A DNA stretch of 63,403 nucleotides, filler included, from Octopus bimaculoides (taxonomy: Eukaryota), in NCBI RefSeq assembly GCF_001194135.2. It is 4 parts of 3 records of this genome, joined end to end, with 100 filler letters (N's around TTAATTAATTAA, not from the genome) between each part and the next. Parts side by side here need not be neighbours in the genome. Positions count along the whole stretch, not along the records: positions 1 to 27,748 come from NC_068983.1; 3 more parts are not named here. One strand, given 5' to 3'. Under the pieces are notes generated by a model. The model worked only from the letters and a program-made list of their open reading frames with translations. It ran no database searches and was not told the DNA's origin. Below are positions 9,840-22,312 of this stretch, piece after piece; position 1 is the first letter of the stretch; the number at the start of each line of letters is the position of its first letter. A program made the position numbers and the translations under genes.

Positions 9840-12656
9840 AGTTACCATGGGTAGCAAAAATCACACAAAAACTAGGATATCACACCCGTTTTATAGGTAG
9901 AAATACCAAGTTAAAATGATGTATTTTGAGTAGATATGAAGAATAATAATAATAAATGGAGCAAAATGCATATAAACAATAAGTTCCTTAATTCCTACAT
10001 ATGTTTCAAAATATATGTGCACTCCACTCCAAAGAAGTAAGAGGTGTTGGAATTGCATATATATTCATCATCAGGGAACCAACATACAGAAGCAAGACAT
10101 GCGAAATGTTAAGGTTACGTACGAGTTATAACATTATATAGCTAAGTAAGTGACCGTTAGAAACAAGAACGCTGGTTTACATAGTTATAACGGGAGGGAG
10201 GCTGTGAACGCTATACTAAAGGTTTAAATTACAAGATTAAATTAGGGGAAGGCATAATGGACCACAGTAAAATCCAGAAAACAAAAGTCCAAAAAAGTTG
10301 GAAGCTTAAACAAGAGATGGAGGAAGGGAGAGAATTCAATGAATTCATCATATATAATTATTTCTCCTTATGTAAATAAATAACCATACTGAGTTGAAGG
10401 CAAGTGAAGATTGTAAATATAATAAATAAAACATCATAGCTTTGTATTATATTAATATACGGATATTAACCCAAATTAATGGTAATACAAGGTACAAGAT
10501 ATTTTGTTGTGAAATAATAATAATATACATGCTTACAAGGAGAAGATCGGAAATATTTAATTAAAGTTACTATTATGGTCTAAACACAACTAATATAGCA
10601 TTACTGGGAAGGATTTACTTAACCAACTATAGAAGGGGAAAAAAGTAAAAACAAGTGGCGATGGAGACAAAAATAAATATTATTTAAGATAATATTCCTG
10701 TAATTATTACTATTATTGTTATAATAAATTTTAAAATAAATTAAATATTATCATTGTTACTATTATTGTTATTATCAAAGTTAAAGGTAGAAACTAATCT
10801 GGGTGAATGTACATACCACTTGTAAGGCGAATGTCCACTAGAGAGAATGTCAAGGTGAAAAAATAAAAATAATAATACCTAAAAACTAAAACTAGTAAGA
10901 AGGATGAAATTAACGATAAGAAATGAAGATATGTTTCCTCCAGTGCTGGCATCGATACGCTCTCTGTGTTATCTGGTTTACTGGATGATTCTTGGAGAAC
11001 AGAATATGGAAAAGCTCCAAATTCTGAGATGCTAATCTTATTGTTGTTACAGAGATTGCTATATTTACTAATATTGTACATATTACCTATATTTTTACAT
11101 AAATGACTATTGCCATCATATGAGTGTGTTAAATTACTGGAATAATAATTATTATTATTGTTATAAACATTACTATTATTATCATCATAATTAGGATGGC
11201 TTACTAGAGATGAATCTAAAAGCCTAAAATTATGGGAAGAATATTATCTGTAACAAATTTTTAGTATTAGAAAACCCAAATCTAACCTTATGTGCATTGA
11301 TTATTGGGTGATGGTGGGAACCCCTAGGAAAGTTCTTATTCACCGCGTCGGAACTGCCAGACCAAATTGGATTTAACTTGTTTCCCGAACGGGAGGATGA
11401 GCCAGATATTATCATCAGATCTAGTTACAGTGTTAGTGTGGTTGAATAAATAAAGATTTTTGTTTTTATTAAGATGTTTAGAGCCAGTTAGGCCTCCTCC
11501 CTTATATGAATGATTATAAGCATGTGCCACTTTCTCAGTAAAGTGAGAAGAATGGGAAGAAATAGAAATGGGTTTATCCCCGCTAGTGGAGGGGGTATCA
11601 TGCTGTGCAAAAGACGAAAGATCACTAGAAGAGTTGATGTATCTTACCTTGTCTTTATAACCTGCCTTCAATAAGGCTGAATTATAAAAGTCAGCCTCCT
11701 TATTGAAAATTTGGGAGTTAGAGGAAAGTTTAGAAAGCCTTATTGAGATACTCTTAACCAAATTACTAGTTATATATCTTGGATGGTTACTAAAAGGGCT
11801 TATGTACTTGAGATTAGTTGATGGTTTATGGAAAGGAAAGTGTGTATTACTATGTAAATCTAAAGTTGCGTCTAGAAAGTTTGCTACAGAGACCTCATCC
11901 TCAAAAACGATGCCAAAACCCATTCTTCTGAAGAATCTAGCTAACCTATTTTTAACCTTTTGTATACACTGGGTAGAGGCATTATGGAGGTATAGCAGAC
12001 AATCGTCTCTGTAAAGACCTCCATTTATGTTAGGGAACTGGTCTGCCATTTCATGTAATATATACGAAACAGACTACATCAGCTATTTGAGCTGAATCCG
12101 AGCTTCCCATAGGAACATCAAAAGCCTCCGGAGTATCCTTACGGATCCAAAGTTTATTGTTAAATTTTATGATAGATTTACGAGCTGCTAGTGTTACACT
12201 AATTTCTTCCCTAGAAAGACCTGCCTTTTTATGTGCGAACCAAAGTGCCTTGTTAAGGATAATAGGGTTAATAGAAGAGTAGAAACTAGAAATGTCAAAC
12301 TGTATAAACTTGATATTACTCTTATCTTTAATTGAATTGAATTGACCATAGTTTTAGTTTTAACTTATCCATTATTGTGGGTATGTATTTGTCCAGAATG
12401 TTTTTACTAAGAATGCCTATGTCTTACCTTGAGGGACAAATAAGACGTACAGAAGGGTTGGACCAAAAAATTTTTCTTATGGTCCTTAAGAACAAAGCGA
12501 GGTTGTTTAAGGTCCAAAGGTTCAGTCCTATCTTGCAGATTATATTTGATCATAATTTCTTTAGCTTCCAGGTTAGTTTTCCGTAGAATGTTACTGTTGG
12601 TAGTTCTATAATTTTTTTCTATCTCTTTTTTCAGTAATTCCATGTATTTTTCTTTA
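9840..12656 (-). mobile_element. Penelope-like element: RT plus hammerhead-bearing 3' repeat, no endonuclease seen
   Basis: FVLKDHKKNF, GLYRDD, NFLDATLDL, FHKPS..SNHP, IWLILPF..KNFP..KVRFGFSN; multiple frameshifts; 5' end lost in a gap. The 3' boundary is approximate. Confidence 0.85.
9992..10078 (-). ncRNA. Type I hammerhead ribozyme
   Basis: Minus: TTCC-CTGATGA-T-GAATATATATGCA..TGCACATATATTT-T-GAAA-C-ATAT-GTA-GGAA; stem I 4 bp, stem II 12 of 13 pairs, GUA cleavage triplet; lies downstream of the PLE RT on the same strand. Confidence 0.75.
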
Positions 12657-12859
12657 NNNNNNNNNNNNNNNNNNNNNNNNNNNNNNNNNNNNNNNNNNNN
12701 NNNNNNNNNNNNNNNNNNNNNNNNNNNNNNNNNNNNNNNNNNNNNNNNNNNNNNNNTTTTTTTTTTGTCCTGTTTCATCGAATTTATAGTCATCATGTCC
12801 AACCACTTTGACTCCATCAACTCTGTTGTGACGTCCTGTTTCATAGAATTTATGGTCAT

Positions 12860-14491
12860 TGCGTCAAGCTACACCAAGCTCCACCACCTCACCAGTTGTT
12901 TCTTCTGGTTCGGATGATGACTCAGAGAATGAATATTTTCCTAGTTTTGAATCAAATGATTTCAGTAGCAATGATGATATTCCAGTGAATCAAAGGTGCA
13001 AGCTGGCAACAGTGAATGGCCCTGGTCAACAGAATGTGTGGCAAGTGAGAGACAATTTCATCCAACGGCATGGTTTTACTGGTACACCTGGCATAAAGGC
13101 AAACTTTGAACATGGAAGTTTGCCATTGGAAATCTTCCACTAGCTTTTGACGGATGAAATGTTCCAGTATATACTGGATGAAATGAATGACAATGCTGAA
13201 AACCATCCCCAGCATGTCAGACCTGGGCATGGCAGTAATTGGTTTCCAACCATAGGATACAAAATCAAAGTTCTGCTTGCTCTGCTGATACTGATGGGCA
13301 TCATCAAGAAACTGACCCTGGCATCATATTGGAATTGGGATCCAGCCACGTCAACATCTTTCCAGAAACAATGCCACTTGATTGATTTTTGGCAATTCTT
13401 TGAAATCTACATTTCAACTCGGGAGAGAACCAGGATGACAGGCTCCACAAAATACATTTTATCATCGATGAAGTGGCTGAAATTTTAGAATGGGTATGTC
13501 CCCACACAGGACATTTGTATGGATGAGAGTTTGTGGAAATTCAAGGGAAGGTTCTGATTCAAACAATACAACCTGACCGAATGTGCTTGCTTTGTAGTCA
13601 AGATTTATAAAGTATGCCAGTCAACTGGCAGAGCCTATGGGTACACATGGAATTACAAAATCTACACTGTTCAGGACAGATTGGATCTTCCAGCTTCTAC
13701 TCTAGCGTTAACTGATGTCATGTTGTCACTGAATGAAAACTTGGTTGACAAAGGCTACAATATGGACAACTGGTTTTCCAGTCCAGGCCTCTTCCTGCAG
13801 CGGGACTGTGAGGATGCACAAGAAAAACATGCTACCTGATCTTCACAAGATAATACTTTGGAAGAGGGGGAAACAACATGCCAATGCACTGATAGGGGCA
13901 TTCTCACTCTAGTGTAGCATGACAAGAAAAACGTCTGTGTGTTATCCACAATGCATTCTGCAAGCATGAAGGACACTTGGAAACGATGCGGATGGTAATG
14001 CCATAATGAAACTGAGTGTAGTTGTTTCATACAATGAAGGGATGGGCAGGGTCGGTCACTCAGATCAGCTGGCAATGAGACACAAATTGGTGAGAAAATT
14101 TGTGAAATGGTACAAAAAAATTTTCTTGTATATAATTGACATGTGTATTATGAACTCACATTTGATTTTTGCAGATGCTTGGCAGTGTGGGGGATGGATT
14201 GACATTAAGGAATCTATTTTTCCGTGAAATGATAGAAGCATCAGACTTGCCAAAGTACAGAATGTGTGGATGTCCTCATGCTAGACTCTCTGCTCACCAC
14301 ATGGTGAAGGGATATGGACATTTTCCACGACAGTTTCCCCTCACTACCAGGAAGACATGCTTCAAAGGGATGCACTGTATGTAAAGCAAAAGGGAAATGT
14401 AAGGAAACTAGATACCATTGTTCACAATGTGATATGCTAGTGTGTGTGGTACCCTGTTTTGGACTCTACCACACTAAAGTCAATTTTTGAA
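12860..14491 (+). pseudogene. piggyBac-like transposase remnant
   Basis: Acidic N-terminus, LLALLILMGI..LASYW, MDNWFSSP, YNEGMGRVGHSDQL..KWYKKIFLYIIDMCIMNS, C-terminal CTVC..RYHCSQC..CVVPCFGLYH; many stops and frameshifts; TIRs not found. Confidence 0.9.
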
Positions 14492-14838
14492 TTCAAGTGA
14501 TTGTTGATACGTGAAGTTGGTCTGATTTGTGCTGTCGAGTGATCTTATTCAGGAATAATACTGCATGAGCATCCTGCACAGAGATATAATTTAGATCAAT
14601 ATATGCTGAATGTTATCTCGCACTGAGTGCTGACCTCAATCAACATGATTACTGTTGCCATGCTCAGGCAACCAAATGAATCACTGCCATAAACTGGTTA
14701 AAGTGGTTGATGTAAATGTACGCCAAACCATTGTTGTGTGCTAATTGCTGATCTCAACCGAGATGATTACCATCAATGCAACCTAGTTGCTTGATAAAAA
14801 AGAAAAAGAACATCATGGGGTTAATCATCTTGAATACT

Positions 14839-14965
14839 TGTTATGCAAATAACGTTAATATAAAGAGCATGTGCATTTGGCAGGAAGAGGAAGAGAGAGA
14901 ATGACCATTGTACAAGACTATGACTAAAAATTAGTTTCTTTGAACCGGGATATACTGGTTAAACT
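14839..14965 (+). repeat. 5' LTR
   Basis: Aligns to 18585-18720 with about 13 substitutions and two indels (manual count). Confidence 0.85.
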
Positions 14966-15034
14966 AATTTATGAAAATACACAATTGGGAAAAGTTGCAG
15001 AGCATCCTATAGAGAAAGAAATTTGTGAAAAGAT

Positions 15035-15880
15035 GTGAACGATATGGAAAGATACTTGAAACCTGACAGATTGAATGTAGACCCAAATTCTACAAATGCT
15101 GATAAAACTTTTAATCACTGGTTTAGAAGTTTCACCAACTTTATAGACTCACTACTAGGGCAAGAAGGTAGGATTATCGATAAACTCAATCTTTTGATTA
15201 TTTATGTGGAACTGAACGTATACAAATTCATCAGTGAAGCTAAGAACTACGAACAAGCTGTGAATACACTAAAGAATATGTACATTAAACCAAAGAACAT
15301 CGTAATGGCACGCCGTCTTTTAGCCACAAGAAAACAGAAACCAGGGGAATCTGTAGACCAGTTCTTAAACAAACTCAAAATATTAGCGAAAGACTGTGAC
15401 TTTGTTGCAGTGAGTGCTGAGCAGTACCGATCTGAAATGATTCGAGATGCATTTATAAATGGGCTCACTTTGAATCAAATATGACAAAGACTATTAGAAA
15501 ACAAAAGTGTCGACCTCAGTACAGCTTATGATCAAGCACGTTCACTAGATGTGGCACAACAGAGTTCCAGTGTCTTTCTAAACTCTGAGGGTGTCAACTT
15601 CAGTCCAACTCCACCCATTGTAGCTAAGCCAATAGACTCCCCAAAGCAGGAAGGAAAACACTCTGCTGCGACCCGAAAAGGAGACCCCTTTCAATGTTGG
15701 ATTTGTGGCTATTCCAGAGACCCGCGGACTCACTGCCCTGAGCGGAAAGCAGTCTGTCACAAATGCCAAAAAATAGGGCATTTTGGAAAACTACGTAGGA
15801 GCAACGCAGCAACTGTAACACAGGATGATGGTAAATTTGATTTGCCATTGGCAGTAACAGTATCAGCAGGTTCACCCTTC
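15035..15880 (+). pseudogene. Gypsy gag
   Basis: ERYLKPDRL..HW..F, RKQKPGESVDQF, IRDAFINGL; zinc knuckles CWICG..HCP..CHKCQKIGH; interrupted by a stop at ~15482. Confidence 0.9.
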
Positions 15881-15889
15881 TGAATACCC

Positions 15890-18330
15890 TCCATGGTTAT
15901 ACTGAACAAGAGCTATAAAGCCGAAGCATTAATTGATAGCGGTAGCACTGACAAGAGCTTCATGAGTGAGAAGCTAGTGAACACACTCAACATCAAGACG
16001 GTCAAATTGAAGAGCATCATTGGTATGGCTTCTGCATCTCTTTCTGCGGAATTCAAGGGATACTGCACTGTTTCACTAACCCTGAATAATCAGAAATACT
16101 ACCATGTGAAACTGTACGTGCTCATAAACTTGTGCACTGACCTAATTCTGGGTACTGACTTCCAAGAATAGCATGAAAATATTAACATGCAATACTGAGG
16201 ACAGTGACCACCATTAACATTTACTGTGCTAACAGCTATGAAAACTGATCCTCCAAAGCTATTTGCTCATCTCAGAGAGGACTGTAAACCTATTGCAGCC
16301 AAATTGCGAAAATACTCGGAACATGATCGAGAGTTCCTCAGGACAGAAGTATGCTGCGTAGCAGATGCGAACATTATTGAACCTAGTAACTCCCATTGGA
16401 GATCGCAAGTGTTAGTTGTTCAAGAAAAAAAAAGGCGAAGAATGGTGATTGACTACTCAGAGACAATTAACAAATATACACAGCTTGATGCCTACCCCCT
16501 TTCTAAAATTGATGAGTTAGTGAGCACTATCACCAAATATAAAGTCTACAGTACTATAGACTTACGTTTGGCATACCATCAGATTCCTCTATTAGAGAAA
16601 GACCATCAATTCACTGGCTTTGAAGCTGATGGTAAATTATGGCATTATACTAGGATGCTATTTGGAGTAACTAACAGCAGCACATGTTTCGAACATATAA
16701 TGGACGACTTTGTGAGTAAATACAAGCTGCGAGATACGTTCCCATTCATAGACAATTTAACCATATGTAGGAAAAATCAAAACGACCACGATAAAAATTG
16801 AGAAAAATTTGAAATGGCACCAAAACGTGAAGGGCTTACCATGAATGAAGACAAATGCATTTACTCAATAACAACTCTTGACTTTCTTGGATACCGTATC
16901 TCACACAATACCTTCAGCCCTGACCCAGAAAGGCTTGCTCCACTCCTCAATCTTCCTACACCAACTGACCAGAAATCATTAAAATATATAGTCGGTATGT
17001 TTTCTTATTATGCTAAGTGGATCTCCAAATTTTCTGACAAAATATAACCTCTAAACAGCCAACAAGTAAAAGCATTTGAGTCATTAAAGGTAGAACTAGC
17101 CAATGCTGCCATTCAAGTAATAGATGAGAACATTCCATTTACTGTTGAGACGGATGCTTTGGATTTTGCCATATCTGCGACACTAAATCAAGATGGAAGA
17201 CCAGTCGCATTCTATTCTCGCATGCTGCAAGGTAGTGAACAGTACCACTCCTCAGTTGAAAAGGAAGCCCAAGCAATTATTGAAGCAATTCATCATTGGA
17301 GACACTTTCTTCTAGGTAGACATTTTACATTAATTACTGATCAATGTTCTGTTGCATTCATGTATAATTATAAAGCGATGAGCAAAATTAAAAATGATAA
17401 AATTATGAGATGGTGCATTGCGTTATCTCCATACTCATATGATATTCAATATCGCCCAGGATCCAGCAACATCGCTCTGGATGCATTCACAAGGGTACGC
17501 TGTTCAGCAATTAGTTCACATTCACTTTATGAGTTACATACAGCACTGTGCCATCCTGGTGTTGTACGCCTTCATCATTTTGTCTGCAGTAGAAATCTTC
17601 CATATTCATTAGAGAACGTGAAACATATGTAGGAATTGCTCTATATGTCAAGAAGTGAAACCACACTATTATAAACCAAACTCAGTTAACTTAATTAAGG
17701 CCATGCAGCCCTTTGAGCGAATTTCCATCATTTCAAATGTCCGATTCCTTCCACGAAGCATCTTTATCTCCTAACATAATTGACGAATACTCTCGGTTTC
17801 TGTTTGGTTATCCAGTATCTGACACATCAACTCAGACTGTAATAAAGTGTCTTACAGACTTGTTCTCAGTTTTTGGTATGCCCAGTTATGTACATTAAGA
17901 TCGTGGAACTGCCTTTGTATCTACAAGATTGAGAGAATGGCTCCTCAGTAAGGGCATTGCAACGAGTAGGACAACACCATACAATCCCACTGGGAACAGT
18001 CAAGTAGAAAGATATAATGGTACTATTTGGAAGTCAGTACTACTCTCTTTGAAAACCCGTGCCCTTCCAGTATCTTCATAGGAAACAGTTCTTCCAGACA
18101 CGTTGCATTCAATCAGATCTCTACTTTGTATGTCCACTAATGCCACTCCTCATGAACGTCTTTTTAACTATCAAAGATGTTCAGCAACAGGAACATCTAT
18201 GCCAACATGGCTTCTTAACCTAGGACCTGCGCTTGTTCAAAGGAACAATCGCACTAACAAATATGACCCTATCGTGGACCAAGTTGATTTAATTGAAGCC
18301 AACCCCCAATACACTCACGTCCGTTAGCCA
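15890..18330 (+). pseudogene. Gypsy pol (protease, RT, RNase H, integrase)
   Basis: LIDSGS; YPLSKIDEL..YHQI..FIDN; ETDA..RPVAFYSR..EKEA..ITDQ; HPGV; IIDEYSRF, DRGTAF, TTPYNPTGNSQVERYNG; many stops. Confidence 0.9.
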
Positions 18331-18584
18331 GACTGTCGCGAAACCACAGTATCCACAAAACAATTGGCATCACCAGGGAAGATTAACCCAACTGATAACC
18401 TAACCCAAACATTTGTCCCACAAGAGCCAGACAGAGAGCCAACTGAAATTTCTTCTCCTAGAGATAACCATCAAGAACAAAAAGAAGAATCCTCTCAGCT
18501 GCGTCGATCACAAAGGATTCGGAAAACCCTGGAAAGGCTTGATCTATGATTTTTTTCTTCTTTCTTTTTCTAGGAGGGAGTGAA

Positions 18585-18720
18585 TGCTATGCAAATAATA
18601 TTGATATAAAGAGCATGCACATTTGACAGGAAGAGGAAGAGAGAGAACGACCATTCGGAATACTGTACAGGACTATCACTAAAAATTAGTTTCTTTGAAC
18701 CAGGATTTACTGGTTATACA
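18585..18720 (+). repeat. 3' LTR
   Basis: TG..CA termini, preceded by a purine tract. Confidence 0.85.
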
Positions 18721-19002
18721 TTTCAATACTATAACTTCAAAATAAAAGGTTTCATTTTGTTGTTTATATTTAATCTATAAACATGTTGCATTTTTTTGTT
18801 GTTGGCCATTCAATTTGGTTGAATTAACAAATTTCCTTCTTTCTCAGGATACCTTCTGTCTCTTTTGACTGACTTGATTCATTAGCAAATTGCAAGGACC
18901 CTATGGGCTATTTAACTTCATTCTTGCAACATTGTGTATGCAAAAATTTGACTCTTCTGGAGATCTGTTTTCTGTTTTTCTTCTAGAATTATATGCTATG
19001 CA

Positions 19003-19033
<31 letters not shown>

Positions 19034-20318
19034 GTTTAACGTCCGCTTTCCATGCTAGCATGGGTTGGACGATTTGACTGAGGACTGGTGAAACCGGATG
19101 GCAACACCAGGCTCCAATCTAATTTGGCAGAGTTTCTACAGCTGGATGCCCTTCCTAACGCCAACCACTCAGAGAGTGTAGTGGGTGCTTTTACGTGTCA
19201 CCAGCACGAAAACGGCCACGCTCGAAATGGTGTCTTTTATGTGCCNNNNNNNNNNNNNNNNNNNNNNNNNNNNNNNNNNNNNNNNNNNNNNNNNNNNNNN
19301 NNNNNNNNNNNNNNNNNNNNNNNNNNNNNNNNNNNNNNNNNNNNNNNNNNNNNNNNNNNNNNNNNNNNNNNNNNNNNNNNNNNNNNNNNNNNNNNNNNNN
19401 NNNNNNNNNNNNNNNNNNNNNNNNNNNNNNNNNNNNNNNNNNNNNNNNNNNNNNNNNNNNNNNNNNNNNNNNNNNNNNNNNNNNNNNNNNNNNNNNNNNN
19501 NNNNNNNNNNNNNNNNNNNNNNNNNNNNNNNNNNNNNNNNNNNNNNNNNNNNNNNNNNNNNNNNNNNNNNNNNNNNNNNNNNNNNNNNNNNNNNNNNNNN
19601 NNNNNNNNNNNNNNNNNNNNNNNNNNNNNNNNNNNNNNNNNNNNNNNNNNNNNNNNNNNNNNNNNNNNNNNNNNNNNNNNNNNNNNNNNNNNNNNNNNNN
19701 NNNNNNNNNNNNNNNNNNNNNNNNNNNNNNNNNNNNNNNNNNNNNNNNNNNNNNNNNNNNNNNNNNNNNNNNNNNNNNNNNNNNNNNNNNNNNNNNNNNN
19801 NNNNNNNNNNNNNNNNNNNNNNNNNNNNNNNNNNNNNNNNNNNNNNNNNNNNNNNNNNNNNNNNNNNNNNNNNNNNNNNNNNNNNNNNNNNNNNNNNNNN
19901 NNNNNNNNNNNNNNNNNNNNNNNNNNNNNNNNNNNNNNTTTATTGCACCTGAACATCTGCCACAAACAAAAACTAACTTGCTAGTTAACCTGCCTTTGAT
20001 GTTGCTGCACCTCTTATGTGCCCATAGCTTGCACCGGGTACATCTTATAGAGTTACTACCTACTCCTTTTCTACATACTGAGCAGGGCCATCTACCTGAA
20101 GGGGTTTGTGTTTTATCTACCTTCCTACTTATTAGGATTTTGGTTTTAGCTAGGTTGACTCTAAGGCCCTTCAATTCTAGACCTTGCTTCCACACCTGAA
20201 ACTTCTCCTCTAGTTCTGATAGTGACTCCGCAATTAGGGCAAGGTCATCAGCATAGAGGAGCTCCCAGGGGCAACCTGTCTTGAACTCCTCTGTGATTGC
20301 CTGGAGGACAGCAATATT
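19003..20318 (-). mobile_element. RTE LINE: RT with PHD finger, gap, 3' UTR
   Basis: PWELLYADDLAL..GLRVNLAKTK followed by CSVC..CTRC..H..C..CGRC; the 3' UTR (19003-19245) matches the 4.6-kb family. Joining across the 693-N gap is inferred. Confidence 0.85.
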
Positions 20319-20469
20319 CCCAGTGTGTAATATGGAATTCCCTGACTTATATTTGTTCTCAATTTTTTTAAAGCAATTCTCTGTTGTGTCTGCAGCGTGG
20401 AAGGTGTTTATAAGCCATTTAAAATAACACACAAAAGCCGTCAGATTCACTTCAACATTTAAATTTAAT

Positions 20470-20518
20470 TTGTCAAAATATTTTTGCCGCTTTGAGACCG
20501 CGACCTGTTCACTGACAA
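20470..20518 (-). ncRNA. Hammerhead-like motif with swapped G3-C8 core (decayed copy)
   Basis: Minus: TTGTCA-GTGAACA-G-GTCGC-GGTCTCAAA-GCGGC-AAAA-A-TA-TTT-TGACAA; 6-bp stem I, 5-bp stem II, palindromic AATATT stem III. G12 reads A in this copy. Confidence 0.35.
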
Positions 20519-21272
20519 AATTGTGCTGTTGTGTCTGTTATCAGTATATTTTATATGAACAAGTGTGATATGTCCCTCTTTGTAGAGCAGTTTCCATTTT
20601 GAATATGGTATTGGATACAGCTGTATCATTTCTTTTCCTGAAAGTATGTTTAGCAGTTATGAGACTGTTGTCTCATATTTCTCACTAAACTAGATGGAAT
20701 TGGTGATTACAGTAGTTGTCATGGTTGATGGTTATGTGAAACGAATCATTGCTTTCTTTCTGCCTTATGTTGGATTTATCAAAAATGGTAAAATTGCATA
20801 ATTTTTGTTTGCATTTCTCTTCTGATTTCACAATTTTACATAAAGTACAGTGTAAATTTGACCAAGGAAATGATTCAATTATAACACTAAATATGCTTAT
20901 ATATGATAAAATGCTTTGATGTTTGATTAAATATGTGTCTATAAATCTCAAAGACCATAAGCTGGTGCTTAACTCTGCAAACATTATCATTAGCTGTTTT
21001 ACTTCCTGTTTAGAGAAGATATCAGTCTGTCTTAGGTAACATTTTAAAAAGGTCCAAACAGCTAGGTCATGTGAAACATTGAATTAAGTTTCTTGCCCAG
21101 GAACAACAAAACTTGTACTGAGTTTGAAATCCAAATTTTATCCACTTGGCCACATTGCTTCTATGAATATAATAAAAGGTGATTTGGAAGTGGAGATGGG
21201 GTGTTGGTTTTATAAAAATTCATACTTTAACTATTTTATTGTTTGCTAAACTCTGTCTATTAATTATTGTAG

Positions 21273-21421
21273 GTAGAATAAAGAGTAAGAAGTCTTTAAA
21301 TGTCAGGACTTTTGGCAATGTTGAAAGAAAAAGGGCACTTTTATGTGAATTATTGATGTTCGATCTTTGAAAATGTCAACTGACCTGATAGTAAACTAAT
21401 CCTTGAAATTTAATGGAAATG
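21273..21421 (+). other. Candidate non-coding exon followed by a 192-bp intron (21422-21613)
   Basis: TTGTAG| acceptor, ATG|GTAAGT donor, downstream CTTTCTTTTGCAG| acceptor; all frames closed. Motifs only. Confidence 0.25.
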
Positions 21422-22312
21422 GTAAGTTTTCTTTTATATACATGTGCAAAATAATCAGTTTTTAACCATCAATTTTAAAGCAGCTCAGAATAAATTTTAC
21501 TCATTGAAACCTAAGTCTATTCTAGTGGCACAGAATTTTGAAGTCCTGGAACTGGTAATTTCTTTGAAGGTGTTTTGAACTGATGCTTGATTGTTGAAGA
21601 CTTTCTTTTGCAGGAAATTATCAAGTTGCTGGAAAAATTGGTAGTTAGTTGGTGAGAAAAGTCTGAAGTGTAAACTGGATGAAGTACTTTCGTAGCGCTG
21701 TTTGTTTAATTTCTGTCATAGCTATAGAGAAATATCAGTCCTTTTCAATGACCAGTGCTTCTCTGCTGTGAAGATTTCACTGGATGCAAGAAGTAGTGGA
21801 TGATTTTTCTTGCTGAACACCAAATGGTTATCGTAACCTCTTTCATTTGGGAAAGTGTGCTCGTGTTTCACCTCTGTTTGTCTAGTATCTGAAAAACTGT
21901 TGATAGTTAAAGTGAATCCACCTTTGTGAAACATTACAATGCAATCAAAAGATGCTGACTTTGTAATGGTAACTTTTATCAATCAGCTGTTTAACTTTAC
22001 AGTGTGGTGCAAATGTTGAACAACTGTTGAAAAGTAAATATTTAGACTGTCTACAAAATTGTGTTGTTTTGTGTGTACTTAGTAATTTCCCTGAGTGGTC
22101 CTAGTCAATCACAGGTCTTATGCAACCTTTTTCATCTGCAAGTTTCTTGTCTCTCTTAAATTTTGGAACTTATGTTAAGCTATGTATTTATTGACATTCC
22201 CTTTGCCAAGTGCTTGGTTGATATTACAAGCAGTTTCTACTTTACATTTGGAACTCAATAAAATGCCTTGAAATTGCTTTTTTAAATTTTTTTTTTAGGA
22301 CAGTATAAAATA

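Larger units (their letters stand above)
14839..18720 (+). mobile_element. Ty3/Gypsy LTR retrotransposon, structurally complete but disabled
   Basis: Paired short LTRs, polypurine tract 18572-18584, gag-PR-RT-RNaseH-IN order. No clear TSD or PBS seen. Confidence 0.95.

Noticed and set aside
12766-12860. 26-bp direct repeat upstream of the piggyBac ORF
   Set aside because: Probably a subterminal repeat of the transposon; the left end is lost in the gap and no TTAA/TIR could be confirmed.
19191-20450. 419-aa ORF
   Set aside because: It spans a 693-N gap and starts in an unrelated repeat; only the RT/PHD part is real.
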